Shown: in pieces, positions 19,833 through 29,624 of the stretch | How positions within the stretch are numbered: the first letter of the stretch is position 1 | How the letters are laid out: each line of letters begins with the position of its first letter | From: an uncultured delta proteobacterium | GTDB taxonomy: Bacteria > Myxococcota_A > Polyangia > Polyangiales > Polyangiaceae | Length of the DNA: 64,000 nucleotides | NCBI GenBank assembly: GCA_963841435.1 | Contig: CAWJCS010000006.1 | Span: 1-64,000 of the forward strand | Direction of reading: 5' to 3' | Notes under the pieces: model-generated | The model's input: the letters and a program-made list of their open reading frames with translations, nothing else | Told to the model about the DNA's origin: nothing | Databases searched by the model: none | Translations under genes and position numbers: made by a program

Positions 19833-20877
19833 ATGCGAAGCCCGTGGCGCCCTGCTTGGCCCTGGTTGCTCTTCGCCGCGAGCGTGGGCTGTGCGCTCGA
19901 GGCGACGCCGGGCGAAGGTGAGCCTTCGGCCGGGGTGGGCGGCGGCAACGAAAATGGGGTGGGAGGGGGGAGGAACGGCGGGACAGGGCCGGTCGGGGGA
20001 GCCGGGGCCAAAGCGAGCGGGGTGGGCGGCGGGGCCGGGGCCGGCGCGGGGGCCAACGGGGTGGGGACCAGCGGGGCGGGCGCCAGCGGGGCGGGCGCCA
20101 GTGGGGTGGCCGCGGATGCCGGAAGCGCGGGGACGGGCGGTGCGTCAGCAGCCGGGGCCGGCGGGACGGGGGGAACCGCCGCATCGGCTGGTGGCAGCGC
20201 AGCAGCCGAGGGTGGGTCGAGCGGGAGTGGCTCGTCGCTCGGTGGCGGAGGCTCGAACGTCGGCAGGCGGTAGCGCGACCGGTGCCGCTGGCGGCAACCA
20301 GGCCGTCGGCGGCACCGGTGGCGCGCCGGAGGTCGTCGGCGGTTGTGATCACCAGCTTCTCGCCAACGCCGACTTCGAACGCGGACCGACGCCCGAGTGG
20401 ACGCAAACCTCCGACTGGCCCGGCATCGACATCATCGTCGCGGGCACCGACGCCACCCTCGCGGTCGAGGGCGTCACACCGTACGCCGGCAATTACCTCG
20501 CCTGGCTTGGCGGCATCCCCGACAACCCCTGGGATCACCACCTCGTTGTCCTCGAGCAAACGGTGGCGATCCCCGCGAACGCCGCGACGCTCACGCTCAC
20601 CGGCCGTTACTGGGTCACCTCCTTGGACGATCCGAGCGCCGAGTACGACGAGGCGTACCTCGAATTCAGCCTCGACGACGAGGTCGTCTGGCAGGCAGAG
20701 CGCTTCACGAACCAGAGCGTCACGAGCGCCTGGGCGTCGTTCTCGAGCACGACCACCGAGCCCGAGCTGATGGCCGGCAAGGCCGTCACCTTCGTCGCGT
20801 ACTCGCGCACCGATCTCGAGGGCGTGACGAGCTTCTTCCTCGACTCGCTGCGCCTCGAGGCGAGCTGCGGCCGCTGA
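19833..20877 (+). CDS. Lipoprotein with Gly-rich linker and C-terminal jelly-roll-like domain (one +1 indel at ~20256)
   Basis: WLLFAASVGC signal, then ~130 aa of Gly/Ala/Ser. The frame changes at TCGAACG into LLANADFE...YLAWLGG...FFLDSLRL. Confidence 0.65.
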
Positions 20878-20921
20878 CGAAATACGGGTGCCGCTCGTGC
20901 TTGCCCGGCGCCGCGCAGTCG

Positions 20922-20939
20922 GGTAACCTAAAAATTACC
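20922..20939 (+). promoter_or_regulatory. Candidate ArsR operator 1 (GGTAACCTAAAAATTACC)
   Basis: AT-rich inverted repeat immediately before the arsR start; same 16-bp GTAAC-N6-RTTAC core as operator 2. Confidence 0.65.
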
Positions 20940-20941
20940 GA

Positions 20942-21250
20942 ATGATGCACGCGCTCGATGCGCTCGGCAGCCGCGTCCGGCGCCAGATCTTGCTCGGCCT
21001 GCGCGAGCGGCCGGCGACGGTCGGCGAGATCGCCGAGCGCTTTCCCGTGAGCCGCCCCGCCATCTCGCGGCATCTCGCGACGCTGCGCCGCGCCGGGCTC
21101 GTCACGCTCCACGCCGAGGGTGCGCGCCACGTCTACCGCCTGCGGCTCGAGGGCTTCGCGCCCGTGCGCGCCTACCTCGACGGCTTCTGGGACACGGCGC
21201 TCGAAAGGCTCGCGGCACTCGCAAGGTCCGGCAAGGAAGCGCCGCCGTGA
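20942..21250 (+). CDS. ArsR/SmtB family transcriptional regulator
   Basis: ALGSRVRRQIL...TVGEIAERFPVSRPAISRHLATLRRAGLV winged HTH. Confidence 0.92.
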   Translation: MMHALDALGSRVRRQILLGLRERPATVGEIAERFPVSRPAISRHLATLRRAGLVTLHAEGARHVYRLRLEGFAPVRAYLDGFWDTALERLAALARSGKEAPP

Positions 21251-21693
21251 TCGTCGAGAAGAGCATCCTGCTCGCCTGCGCTCCTGCGGACGCCTTCCGG
21301 TGCTTCACCGAGCAGGCTTCGGCCTGGTGGCCTCCCGAGCGGCGGCACACGGGTGACACCGAGAGCGAGATCTTTCTGCGCGAGGAGGGGCGCTTCTACG
21401 AGCGAGCGCGCGACGGGCGCGAGGTGGAGCTCGGCCGCGTGCGAGCGTGGGAACCGCCCGCGCGGTTGCTCCTCGACTTCTTTCCCGGCACCGACGCCGA
21501 GCACCCCACGGAGGTCGAGGTGTTGTTCGCCGCCGAGCCCGGGTCCGAGCGCACGACACGCGTCACCGTCCTTCATCGGGCAACGGCCGCGAGCGAGGCG
21601 CTCTTCTCCTCGCGCGCCTCGCGCTTCGTGGCGTCCTGGGACCTGCTTTTGCCCGCGCTCGCGCGAACGGCGGCCCGCCTGGTCACCGCGTAA
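21247..21693 (+). CDS. SRPBCC/AHA1-like domain protein
   Basis: AFRCFTEQASAWWP, GRVRAWEPPARL and TEVEVLF...TRVTVLH motifs; GTGA overlap with arsR. Confidence 0.85.
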   Translation: MIVEKSILLACAPADAFRCFTEQASAWWPPERRHTGDTESEIFLREEGRFYERARDGREVELGRVRAWEPPARLLLDFFPGTDAEHPTEVEVLFAAEPGSERTTRVTVLHRATAASEALFSSRASRFVASWDLLLPALARTAARLVTA

Positions 21694-21706
21694 CAAAAAT
21701 GTTACG
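21689..21706 (+). promoter_or_regulatory. Candidate ArsR operator 2 (CGTAACAAAAATGTTACG)
   Basis: Inverted repeat about 10 nt upstream of the second SRPBCC ATG; matches operator 1. Confidence 0.65.
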
Positions 21707-21715
21707 TGGTGGCTC

Positions 21716-22138
21716 ATGTTCGACTTCCGAGCCACCGTCTCGATCAAGAGTTCCCCCTCGACCATCTGGGCGCTGCTCACCGACGCTTCGGCCTACCCGA
21801 GCTGGAATACGAGCGTCGAGCGCGTCGAGGGGCACATCGCGCCCGGATCGCGGCTCGTCGTCTACGCGAAGGTGAGCCCGGGCCGCGGCTTTCCCGTGCG
21901 CGTCGCAAAGCTCGAGCCCGAGCGCCGCATGGTCTGGCGCGGCGGCATGCCCATCGGCTTCTTGTTCAAGGGCGTGCGCACGTTCACGCTCACTCCTGCT
22001 GCGGACGGCGCAGTCTCGTTCGACATGCACGAGGTCTTCAGTGGGGTGTTGTCCGGTCCGATGCGCAAAGTGATCCCGAACCTGCAGCCTGCCTTCGACG
22101 AGTTCGCCGCGTGCCTCAAAACGCGCGCGGAGGAGTAA
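21716..22138 (+). CDS. SRPBCC (polyketide cyclase/dehydrase-like) protein
   Basis: IWALLTDASAYPSWN, MVWRGGMPIGFLFKGVRTFTL and EVFSG...LKTRAE motifs. Confidence 0.85.
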   Translation: MFDFRATVSIKSSPSTIWALLTDASAYPSWNTSVERVEGHIAPGSRLVVYAKVSPGRGFPVRVAKLEPERRMVWRGGMPIGFLFKGVRTFTLTPAADGAVSFDMHEVFSGVLSGPMRKVIPNLQPAFDEFAACLKTRAEE

Positions 22139-22208
22139 GCTAGCGCCGAACGTCTCTTTGGCATCGTCGGCAGTCGATCAGAAGCACCTCGTGCGGGCAT
22201 TCAAGCGC

Positions 22209-23465
22209 ATGCCGCACCAGCTTCTTGGTCGTAGCTTTTTGCTCCGTTGCATGTCGTGCGCCTGTTTTGCCATCTCGTGCAGCGGGGGTGACGACGCGAG
22301 CTCCAGCACCGGTGGCACGGGCGCCATGCAGGCTTCGGGCGGCGCCGGTCTCGGCTCGGGTGGCGGAAGCGGCACGGTGGGCGCGGGCACCGGTGGGAGC
22401 GGGGCAGGCGTCAGCGGTGCTGCGGGCACCGGGGCCGGCTCGGGCGGGACCGCCGGCGTCGGAGGCAGCGCGGGCGGCGGCGCGGCCGCGGGTAGCTCGG
22501 GAGCGGCGGGTGTCGCGGCGGGCGGCGCCGCCGGCGACGCGGGGAGCGCCGGTGTCGCCGGCTCGGTGGCGGGCGACGCGGGTGCGTCAGGTGCGGGCGC
22601 GGGAGGCGCCGCGGGTGCGGGAGGCGCAGGAGCCGGAGGGATTGGCGGCGAGAGCGGCAGCGCGGGCCTCGGCGGCGGCGGCTCGGGCGGTGCCACCGAT
22701 TGCAAGGGGCGCGCGGTCTCGCTGACGGCGAACGGCACCGGCATGGACAGCGACAGTGCCTACGCTCACGTCGAGATCGATCTCGGTAGTGATCTCCCAA
22801 TCGGCAACGCCAACCGGACCGTCGAGTTCTGGGCGTTCATCAAGACGACGGATTGGGTCGGCGAGAAGAACGAGGTCTACTACTACGGCGGCGGCGCTTC
22901 GGCGGCGGCGTTCGGACTGGATTTCGGCACCAACCCCGTGACGGGCATGGCGTCGAATCACGCCACGCTGAACCCATTTACGGGCGGCGGCTTCAACGAC
23001 GACAGCACGAACGATCTCGGCATCACGTCGGCGTCCGACCAGTGGGTTCACGTCGCGATGACCTGGAACGGTACCAACGTCGTCACGTACGTGAACGGCC
23101 AGCCGAAGATCACCACGGCCGGCACGGGCGGTGTCACGATGCTCGCCACGGCGCAATCCGCGCTCATCCTCGGCTGCAATCCGTCGAACAACCAGTGCTT
23201 CAACGGGCTCTTCGACGAGCTTCGCATCTGGAAGGTGGCCCGGAGCGCGCAAGAGATCGCGGGCCTTTACGACAAGCCCGCGGTGGGCGACGAGGCGAAC
23301 CTCGTCGGCTACTTCAAGTTCGACGAAATGAGCGGCACCACGACGGCCGACGCCGTGACGGCCGCCGGTCATACCGCGCACCCCGGCACGCTCAAGGCCG
23401 ACACGGTGGCGCACGACCCGACCTTCGTGACGCCGCCCATGGCGGTGCCGCTCGTCTGTCCCTGA
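22209..23465 (+). CDS. Lipoprotein with Gly-rich linker and LamG/ConA-like domain
   Basis: FAISC lipobox; long Gly/Ser/Ala linker; TVEFW, WVHVAMTW, YVNG, FNGLFDELRIW and LVGYFKFDE motifs. Confidence 0.8.
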   Translation: MPHQLLGRSFLLRCMSCACFAISCSGGDDASSSTGGTGAMQASGGAGLGSGGGSGTVGAGTGGSGAGVSGAAGTGAGSGGTAGVGGSAGGGAAAGSSGAAGVAAGGAAGDAGSAGVAGSVAGDAGASGAGAGGAAGAGGAGAGGIGGESGSAGLGGGGSGGATDCKGRAVSLTANGTGMDSDSAYAHVEIDLGSDLPIGNANRTVEFWAFIKTTDWVGEKNEVYYYGGGASAAAFGLDFGTNPVTGMASNHATLNPFTGGGFNDDSTNDLGITSASDQWVHVAMTWNGTNVVTYVNGQPKITTAGTGGVTMLATAQSALILGCNPSNNQCFNGLFDELRIWKVARSAQEIAGLYDKPAVGDEANLVGYFKFDEMSGTTTADAVTAAGHTAHPGTLKADTVAHDPTFVTPPMAVPLVCP

Positions 23466-23585
23466 GCCCGGACGCCGCGCCCGCGCGCCTCGCCGACGCG
23501 GGAACGCCTCGGTCGGGCGGCACTCGAGCGGTGTCGCCTCGACCGGTGTCGCGAGGCGCCTGGTCGGCGCGCTCGCGCGGCGCGC

Positions 23586-25235
23586 TCACTCGGCGCGGAG
23601 GGGTGCGGCTTCGCTCGACGTTTCGGCAGTCCGCGCGGCCGTTCCGTCGAGGTGCTTCACGCCGTTCTGCAAGAGCCCGTACTCGATGGAATCGACGAGC
23701 GCTTCGAGTGACGCCTGGATGATGTTGGGCGACGCGCCGACGGTGCTCCAGAAACGGTGTTCGTCGCTGCTGTCGATCAGCACGCGCGTCGTCGCCTCGG
23801 TGCCGTCCTTACCGTCGAGGATGCGCACCTTGTAGTCCTCGAGATGGATCTTCGAGAGGGTGGGGTAGACGGGCGTGAGCGCTTTGCGGAGGGCGGCGTC
23901 GAGCGCGCTCACGGGGCCGTTGCCTTCGGCCGCCGTGTGCAGCACCTGGTTGCCGACCTTGAGCTTCACCGTCGCCTCGGCGTACGTCTCGCCGGCGCCG
24001 CGACGCCCGACACGCGCCTCGAAATCGAGCACGGAAAACAGCGGCTCGTAGTCCTTCGACCGGCGACCGAGCAAGAGCGCCACCGACGCCTCGGCGCCCT
24101 CGTACGACACGCCCCGCGCCTCGGCGGCCTTGATGGCGTTGAGCGTTTCGACGTCGGCGCCTTCAGCGACCTTGACGCCGAGCTCTTCGGCTTTCGAGAG
24201 CACGTTGCCGCGCCCCGAGAGCTCGCTCACGACCACGCGCATCTCGTTGCCGACCAGCGCCGGGTCGACGTGCTGGTACGCGTCGGCGAGCCTTCGCATC
24301 GCCGCAACGTGCACGCCGCCCTTGTGCGCGAAAGCGCTCTTGCCGACGTAAGCCATGTGCGCGTCGGGCGCGAGGTTCGCGACCTCGGCGACGAAGCGCG
24401 AAAGCTCGCTGATCTCGGCGAGCCGCCCGGGCAAGAGGCAGCGCGCGCCGAGCTTGAGCTCGAGGTCCGGCGCGATCACCGTCAGGTTCGCGTTGCCGCA
24501 ACGCTCGCCGTAGCCGTTGATGGTGCCCTGCACCTGGGTCGCGCCACCCCTGACGCCCGCCAGCGAGTTCGCCACGCCGCAACCGGTGTCGTCGTGGGCG
24601 TGGATGCCGACCCGCTCCGAGGGGCCGAGGGCGTTGACCACCGCGCGCGTCGTTTCCTCGATGAACCAGGGCAGGCTCCCACCGTTCGTGTCGCAGAGCA
24701 CGACGGTCTCGGCGCCGCCGCGCAATGCCGCATGCAGGGTCGCGAGCGCGTACTCGCGGTCGGCACGGTAGCCGTCGAAAAAATGCTCCGCGTCGTAGAG
24801 CACGCGCCGTTTCTCGCCCACGAGGTAGGCGATGCTCTCCTCGATCATCTTGAGGTTGTCGTCGAGCGTCGTGCGTAGGACCTCCGTCACGTGCACGCCC
24901 CAGCTCTTGCCGAAGAGCGTGCAGGCCTTGGTGCCGGAGTCGAGCAGGGCGCGCAGGCTCGGGTCGTTCTCGGGGCCGAGGCTCGCGCGGCGCGTGGCAC
25001 CGAACGCCGTGATGACGGTGTGATTCCAGTCGGTGTCGCGCGCGCGCGCGAAGAATTCGGCGTCCTTCGGGTTCGAGCCGGGCCAGCCGCCCTCGACGAA
25101 GGCGACCCCGAACTCGTCGAGCTTTTTGGCGATGCGCAGCTTGTCCGCGAGCGTGTAGGAGATGCCCTCGCGCTGCGAGCCGTCGCGCAGGGTCGTGTCG
25201 TAAAGCTCGACGAGTGGGCCTGTTGATTCGGACAT
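23586..25235 (-). CDS. cimA: Citramalate synthase
   Basis: YDTTLRDGSQREG, EGGWPGSNPKD, YDAEHFFDG, LCDTNGG, AFAHKGGVH and DYKVRIL motifs; ATG overlaps the leuA stop (TGATG). Confidence 0.92.
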   Translation of the reverse strand: MSESTGPLVELYDTTLRDGSQREGISYTLADKLRIAKKLDEFGVAFVEGGWPGSNPKDAEFFARARDTDWNHTVITAFGATRRASLGPENDPSLRALLDSGTKACTLFGKSWGVHVTEVLRTTLDDNLKMIEESIAYLVGEKRRVLYDAEHFFDGYRADREYALATLHAALRGGAETVVLCDTNGGSLPWFIEETTRAVVNALGPSERVGIHAHDDTGCGVANSLAGVRGGATQVQGTINGYGERCGNANLTVIAPDLELKLGARCLLPGRLAEISELSRFVAEVANLAPDAHMAYVGKSAFAHKGGVHVAAMRRLADAYQHVDPALVGNEMRVVVSELSGRGNVLSKAEELGVKVAEGADVETLNAIKAAEARGVSYEGAEASVALLLGRRSKDYEPLFSVLDFEARVGRRGAGETYAEATVKLKVGNQVLHTAAEGNGPVSALDAALRKALTPVYPTLSKIHLEDYKVRILDGKDGTEATTRVLIDSSDEHRFWSTVGASPNIIQASLEALVDSIEYGLLQNGVKHLDGTAARTAETSSEAAPLRAE

Positions 25236-26902
25236 CAGCTGAGCGCCTTCTGCGGCGGTTCCGGAGAAGCCGCGGGGCTCGACGTCCGCTCGGGGGCGAG
25301 CGTCGCGAGCACACGATTCATGGCTGCGAGGTAGGCCTTGGTGCTCGCGACGATCACGTCCGTGTCCGCCGCGTGGCCGTGGAGGATGGGCGCCTGCCCG
25401 CCGCCGTGCTGCGGGTTGACGCGGCCGTCCGAGCCGCCGCGAACGCGAACGCTGGCGTGGCCGAGCGCATCGATGCCCTCGGTCACGTTGTTGATCGCGT
25501 ACTCGAGAAGCTCGGCCGGCGCTTGCACGATGTCGTCGATGGCGCGGAACACGGCATGCACCGGTCCCGTGCCGACGGCGGCCCGCGTGCGAACCTCGCC
25601 GTCCGGACAGACGAGGCGCACCGTGGCGGTCGGCATGCCGTTCGAGCCGCACGTCACCTGAACGGCGTCGAGCTGGTAGTACTCGCGGCCGCGCCCGATC
25701 TCGCTTGCGGCGAGCGCGATGAGATCGGCGTCGGTGATGCGCTTCTTCTTGTCGGCGAGCGTCTTGAAGCGAGAAAACGCCGCGTCGAGCGCCTCGGCTT
25801 CGAGCGGGTGGCCGAGGTCGCGCAGCCGAACGGCGAACGCGTGACGCCCCGAGTGCTTGCCGAGCACGAGCAAGGTCTGGCTCGCGCCGACCGTCTCGGG
25901 CCGCATGATCTCGTAGGTGGACTCGTGCTTGAGCATGCCGTCCTGGTGGATGCCGGCCTCGTGTGCGAAGGCGTTGGCGCCGACGATGGCCTTGTTCGGC
26001 TGCACGACCATGCCGGTGCGCATGGAAACGAGCTTGCTCGTGCGCGTGAGCTGCGTCGTGTCGATGTTGGTTCGGAGCTTGTAGCGCGGCTCGCGCGTGT
26101 GCAGGGCCATCACGACTTCTTCGAGCGCCGTGTTGCCGGCTCGCTCGCCGATGCCGTTGATGGTGACCTCGGCCTGGCGCGCGCCCGCGGCGATGCCCGC
26201 GAGCGTGTTGGCGGTCGCGAGGCCGAGATCGTTGTGGCAATGCACGGACACGGTGACCTGCTCGATGCCCTTCACGTTCTGCATGATGCCGGCGATCAGG
26301 GCGCCGAACTCGTCGGGCACCGTGTAGCCCACGGTGTCCGGGATGTTCAGCGTCGTGGCGCCCGCCTCGATCGCCGCGGCGAGCACCTCGTACAAAAAGT
26401 CCGGCTCCGTGCGACCCGCGTCCTCGGGGCTGAACTCGACGTCGCCGCAGAGGCTCTTGGCGAGCCCGACCATCTGGCGCGTGCGCTCGACGACCTGCTC
26501 CTTGCTCATGCGCAGCTTGTGCTCGCGATGAATGGGAGAGGTAGCGAGGAAGGTGTGGATGCGCGGGCGGCGAGCGACCTTGACGGCCTCGTATGCCGTC
26601 TTGATGTCGCCCTCGGCTGCGCGCGCCAGGCCGCAGATGACGGGCGGCTCGCTCGACGGCCGCCCGTCGACCGCTGCCGTGCCCACCGTCGCGGCGATGG
26701 TGCGCACCGCCTCGAAATCGTCGGGCGAAGCGCAGGGAAAACCAGCCTCGATCACGTCCACGCCGAGCCGTGCAAGCGCCCGCGCCACCTCGAGCTTCTC
26801 GTCCGACGTAAGCGTCGCGCCCGGCGATTGCTCGCCGTCACGAAGCGTCGTGTCGAAAATGCAAACGGTGTCGGTCGACGGGCTCTTGACTGGATCGGAC
26901 AT
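25235..26902 (-). CDS. leuA: 2-isopropylmalate synthase
   Basis: [42 protein letters not shown] and LGKHSGR motifs, plus the regulatory domain. Confidence 0.96.
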   Translation of the reverse strand: MSDPVKSPSTDTVCIFDTTLRDGEQSPGATLTSDEKLEVARALARLGVDVIEAGFPCASPDDFEAVRTIAATVGTAAVDGRPSSEPPVICGLARAAEGDIKTAYEAVKVARRPRIHTFLATSPIHREHKLRMSKEQVVERTRQMVGLAKSLCGDVEFSPEDAGRTEPDFLYEVLAAAIEAGATTLNIPDTVGYTVPDEFGALIAGIMQNVKGIEQVTVSVHCHNDLGLATANTLAGIAAGARQAEVTINGIGERAGNTALEEVVMALHTREPRYKLRTNIDTTQLTRTSKLVSMRTGMVVQPNKAIVGANAFAHEAGIHQDGMLKHESTYEIMRPETVGASQTLLVLGKHSGRHAFAVRLRDLGHPLEAEALDAAFSRFKTLADKKKRITDADLIALAASEIGRGREYYQLDAVQVTCGSNGMPTATVRLVCPDGEVRTRAAVGTGPVHAVFRAIDDIVQAPAELLEYAINNVTEGIDALGHASVRVRGGSDGRVNPQHGGGQAPILHGHAADTDVIVASTKAYLAAMNRVLATLAPERTSSPAASPEPPQKALS

Positions 26903-27033
26903 GGCAGGGTTCCTTGGTGTCGTGGTTTATTGAAAGTTTTTCATGATGAAAGGTGGTTCAGGACGGCCATTCAGCAACGACCTTCGAGTCTTGGAAGACC
27001 AGATACGCAGAACGAAAAGTTCTCCAAACCAAC

Positions 27034-27585
27034 TCATGCCGCCACCACTCCCCGGCCGGTCGAGTCCCTGATCGACTTGGCCGCGCTGCTTTGGCCGCCG
27101 CGCGTCATGGCGACGGTGCCGCTCTGGACCATTTCGAGCACGCCGAACGGCTCGAGGATTGCGAGCAGGCCGTCGAGCTTGTCTTGCGTGCCCGTGATTT
27201 CGACGACGAGCGTGTCGGGGCCCACGTCAACGGCGCGCGCGCGGAACACCTGACAGAGCTGCAGCACTTCGCTGCGCTTCTCCGGAGGCGCGTACACCTT
27301 GATGAGGGCGAGGTCGCGCACGATGTTCGGGCTCTTCGTGATGTCTTGGACGCTGAGCACGTTCACGAGCTTGTAGAGGTTCGCCTCGATGCGGCGTGCC
27401 TTGTCGTCGTCGGCTTCCACGACCACCGTCATGCGCGAGACGCCCGCGGTTTGCGTGCGGCCGACGTTGAGCGACACGATGTTGAAGTTGCGACGTCGGA
27501 ACAGCGACGCAATCCGGTTGAGGACGCCGGGCTGGTCCTCCACGTACGCTACGAAAGTGCGCAGGGGCGGCTCGTGGTTGCTCAT
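27034..27585 (-). CDS. ilvN: Acetolactate synthase small (regulatory) subunit
   Basis: VEDQPGVLNRIASLFRRRNFNI ACT domain; RDLALIKV; EITG; ATGA overlap with ilvB. Confidence 0.95.
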   Translation of the reverse strand: MSNHEPPLRTFVAYVEDQPGVLNRIASLFRRRNFNIVSLNVGRTQTAGVSRMTVVVEADDDKARRIEANLYKLVNVLSVQDITKSPNIVRDLALIKVYAPPEKRSEVLQLCQVFRARAVDVGPDTLVVEITGTQDKLDGLLAILEPFGVLEMVQSGTVAMTRGGQSSAAKSIRDSTGRGVVAA

Positions 27586-29384
27586 TCGTCCTCTCCGGTT
27601 TCGAAGATGGGGTTGTGCGGGCCGCCGTTCCCCTCGGGCTTGGGTCGGCGGATCATGGCGTCCAGATCGGCGCCGGCGGGCACCATCGGGTACACGCTGT
27701 CCTCCTGCTCGACGCGGAAATCGATGATGGTGGTCTCGGGGTTCGCGCGGGCCGACTCGACCGCGGCGCGGACGCCCGAGCGCTCGGTGACGCGCAGGCC
27801 CTTCAGGCCGTGCGCCTGCGCGAGCAACACGTAATCGGGGCTCTTGATGGGCGTCGCGACGTAGCGGCCGCCGTAGAAGAACTGCTGCCACTGGCGGACC
27901 ATGCCGAGAAAGCCGTTGTTGATGACGGCGATGTTCACCTTGATGTCTTCCTGCGCGCAGGTGGCAAGCTCGCAAGCCGTCATCTGGAAGCCGCCGTCGC
28001 CCGCGATCACCCAGATCTCGTCGTTCGGGCACGCGAGCCGCGCGCCCATCGCCGCGGGCAGCGCGAACCCCATCGTGCCGAGACCGCCCGAGGTGAGCAG
28101 CTTTCGCGGGTGATCGTGCTTGTAATACTGGGCTTCCCACATCTGGTGCTGGCCCACGTCGGTCACGACGAGCGCCCGGCCGTCGGTGTAGCGCCAGAGG
28201 TCGTGGATCACGTGCGCCGCGAACAAGCGGCCGCTGTCGGGCAGGTCCTTGATGTCGCGGACGGCGCTGTCGCCCTTCAGGCTCTCGATGTGTGCGATCC
28301 ATTCGTCGCACGTCACGCGTTCGAGGTGCGGCACGATCTGCCGCAAGATGTCGCGCACGTCGCCGAGCAGCGGCAGGTCCACCTTCACGTTCTTGTTGAT
28401 CTCGGCTGGGTCGAGCTCGACGTGGATCTTCTTGGCGTTCGGCGCGTACGTCTTCAGGTTGCCCGTCACGCGATCGTCGAAGCGCATGCCGAGCGCGATG
28501 ATCAGATCGGCTTCCTGAATCGCCGTGTTGACCCAGGCTTCGCCGTGCATGCCCATCATGCCGAGCGAGCGCTCGTGCCGCGCGGGGAAGCCGCCCAGGC
28601 CGAGCAGCGTGAGCGCCACGGGGATGTTCGTCTTGTGAACGAGCTCGAGCAACAGGCTCGTGGCGTTCGATTTGATGACGCCGTGTCCGCAGAAGATCAT
28701 CGGGCGTTTGGCGGCCTGGATCATTTCCACGGCTTCCTTCAGCTCTTCCGGCAGCGGTTGCCGGTCGGGGCGGTAGCCGGGCAAGCGCACGGGGGACGGG
28801 TCGTACTGGTACTCGAGGCTCGCGTTCTGAGCGTCCTTCGTGATGTCGACCACGACGGGTCCCGGGCGCCCCGAGCTGGCGATGTAAAAGGCCTGCTTGA
28901 TCGCCGGCATGATGTCCTCGACGCGCGTCACCAAGAAGTTGTGCTTGGTGATGGGCAGCGTGACACCCGTGAAGTCGGTTTCCTGGAATGCGTCGCTGCC
29001 GATCAGCGTGGAGGGAACCTGGCCCGTGATGCACACGATCGGAATCGAGTCCATCATCGCGTTGGCGATGCCGGTGACGAGGTTCGTCGCGCCGGGGCCG
29101 GACGTCGCGACGGCGACGCCCACGCGGCCCGATGCGCGCGAGTAGCCGTCGGCCATGTGCGCGGCGCCCTGCTCGTGGCGCACGAGCACGTGGCGAATGC
29201 TGGAGCCGGGCAGCGCGTCGTAGGCGGGCATGATCGCGCCGCCGGGGTAGCCGAAGACGACCTCGACGCCCTGATGCTCGAGCGCGTCCCAGATGATCTG
29301 GGCGCCCGTCAGCGTGCGCAGACCCGTGGTCGGCCGCGCGCTCTCTCGCGCAGAAGGGATGGGGTCGGTTGTCGGTGAAGCCAC
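27582..29384 (-). CDS. ilvB: Acetolactate synthase large subunit, biosynthetic type
   Basis: FGYPGGA, RHEQGAAHMADGY, TSGPGATN, RFDDRVTG, DVGQHQMW, GDGGFQM and GMVRQWQ motifs. Confidence 0.96.
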   Translation of the reverse strand: MASPTTDPIPSARESARPTTGLRTLTGAQIIWDALEHQGVEVVFGYPGGAIMPAYDALPGSSIRHVLVRHEQGAAHMADGYSRASGRVGVAVATSGPGATNLVTGIANAMMDSIPIVCITGQVPSTLIGSDAFQETDFTGVTLPITKHNFLVTRVEDIMPAIKQAFYIASSGRPGPVVVDITKDAQNASLEYQYDPSPVRLPGYRPDRQPLPEELKEAVEMIQAAKRPMIFCGHGVIKSNATSLLLELVHKTNIPVALTLLGLGGFPARHERSLGMMGMHGEAWVNTAIQEADLIIALGMRFDDRVTGNLKTYAPNAKKIHVELDPAEINKNVKVDLPLLGDVRDILRQIVPHLERVTCDEWIAHIESLKGDSAVRDIKDLPDSGRLFAAHVIHDLWRYTDGRALVVTDVGQHQMWEAQYYKHDHPRKLLTSGGLGTMGFALPAAMGARLACPNDEIWVIAGDGGFQMTACELATCAQEDIKVNIAVINNGFLGMVRQWQQFFYGGRYVATPIKSPDYVLLAQAHGLKGLRVTERSGVRAAVESARANPETTIIDFRVEQEDSVYPMVPAGADLDAMIRRPKPEGNGGPHNPIFETGEDE

Positions 29385-29453
29385 GGAGCTGCTCCTTGTA
29401 CGGAAAGGTGGGTTAGGGAGGATGGTGTCTGGTACGGCTCGGGTCCAAAATCG

Positions 29454-29486
29454 AAAAAGCCCCCGAACCTCTCTGGGTGCGGGGGC
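29454..29486 (-). terminator. Attenuator terminator of the ilv-leu operon
   Basis: Minus strand reads GCCCCCGCACC-CAGAGA-GGTTCGGGGGC followed by TTTTT, about 70 nt upstream of ilvB. Confidence 0.85.
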
Positions 29487-29510
29487 CGATTCGTGACTGT
29501 TGACTCGTCG

Positions 29511-29624
29511 TCAGTCGGCCGCCGCACCCGGGCCAATAAGGAGCCCGAGAACGGAAAGGACACGGACGACGACCCGCGAGCCTTCGCTCGCGAAGAAAGA
29601 CGCCTCTCGTGTCACGGCCTGCAT
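29511..29624 (-). CDS. ilv operon leader peptide (37 aa)
   Basis: MQAVTREASFFASEGSRVVVRVLSVLGLLIGPGAAAD*: a Val/Leu/Ile cluster followed by an antiterminator-forming segment and a terminator. Confidence 0.8.
   Translation of the reverse strand: MQAVTREASFFASEGSRVVVRVLSVLGLLIGPGAAAD

Noticed and set aside
26903-27033. AT-richer gap between ilvN and leuA as an ilvC remnant or second attenuator
   Set aside because: No ilvC-like peptide, Leu-rich leader or terminator hairpin could be read on the minus strand.
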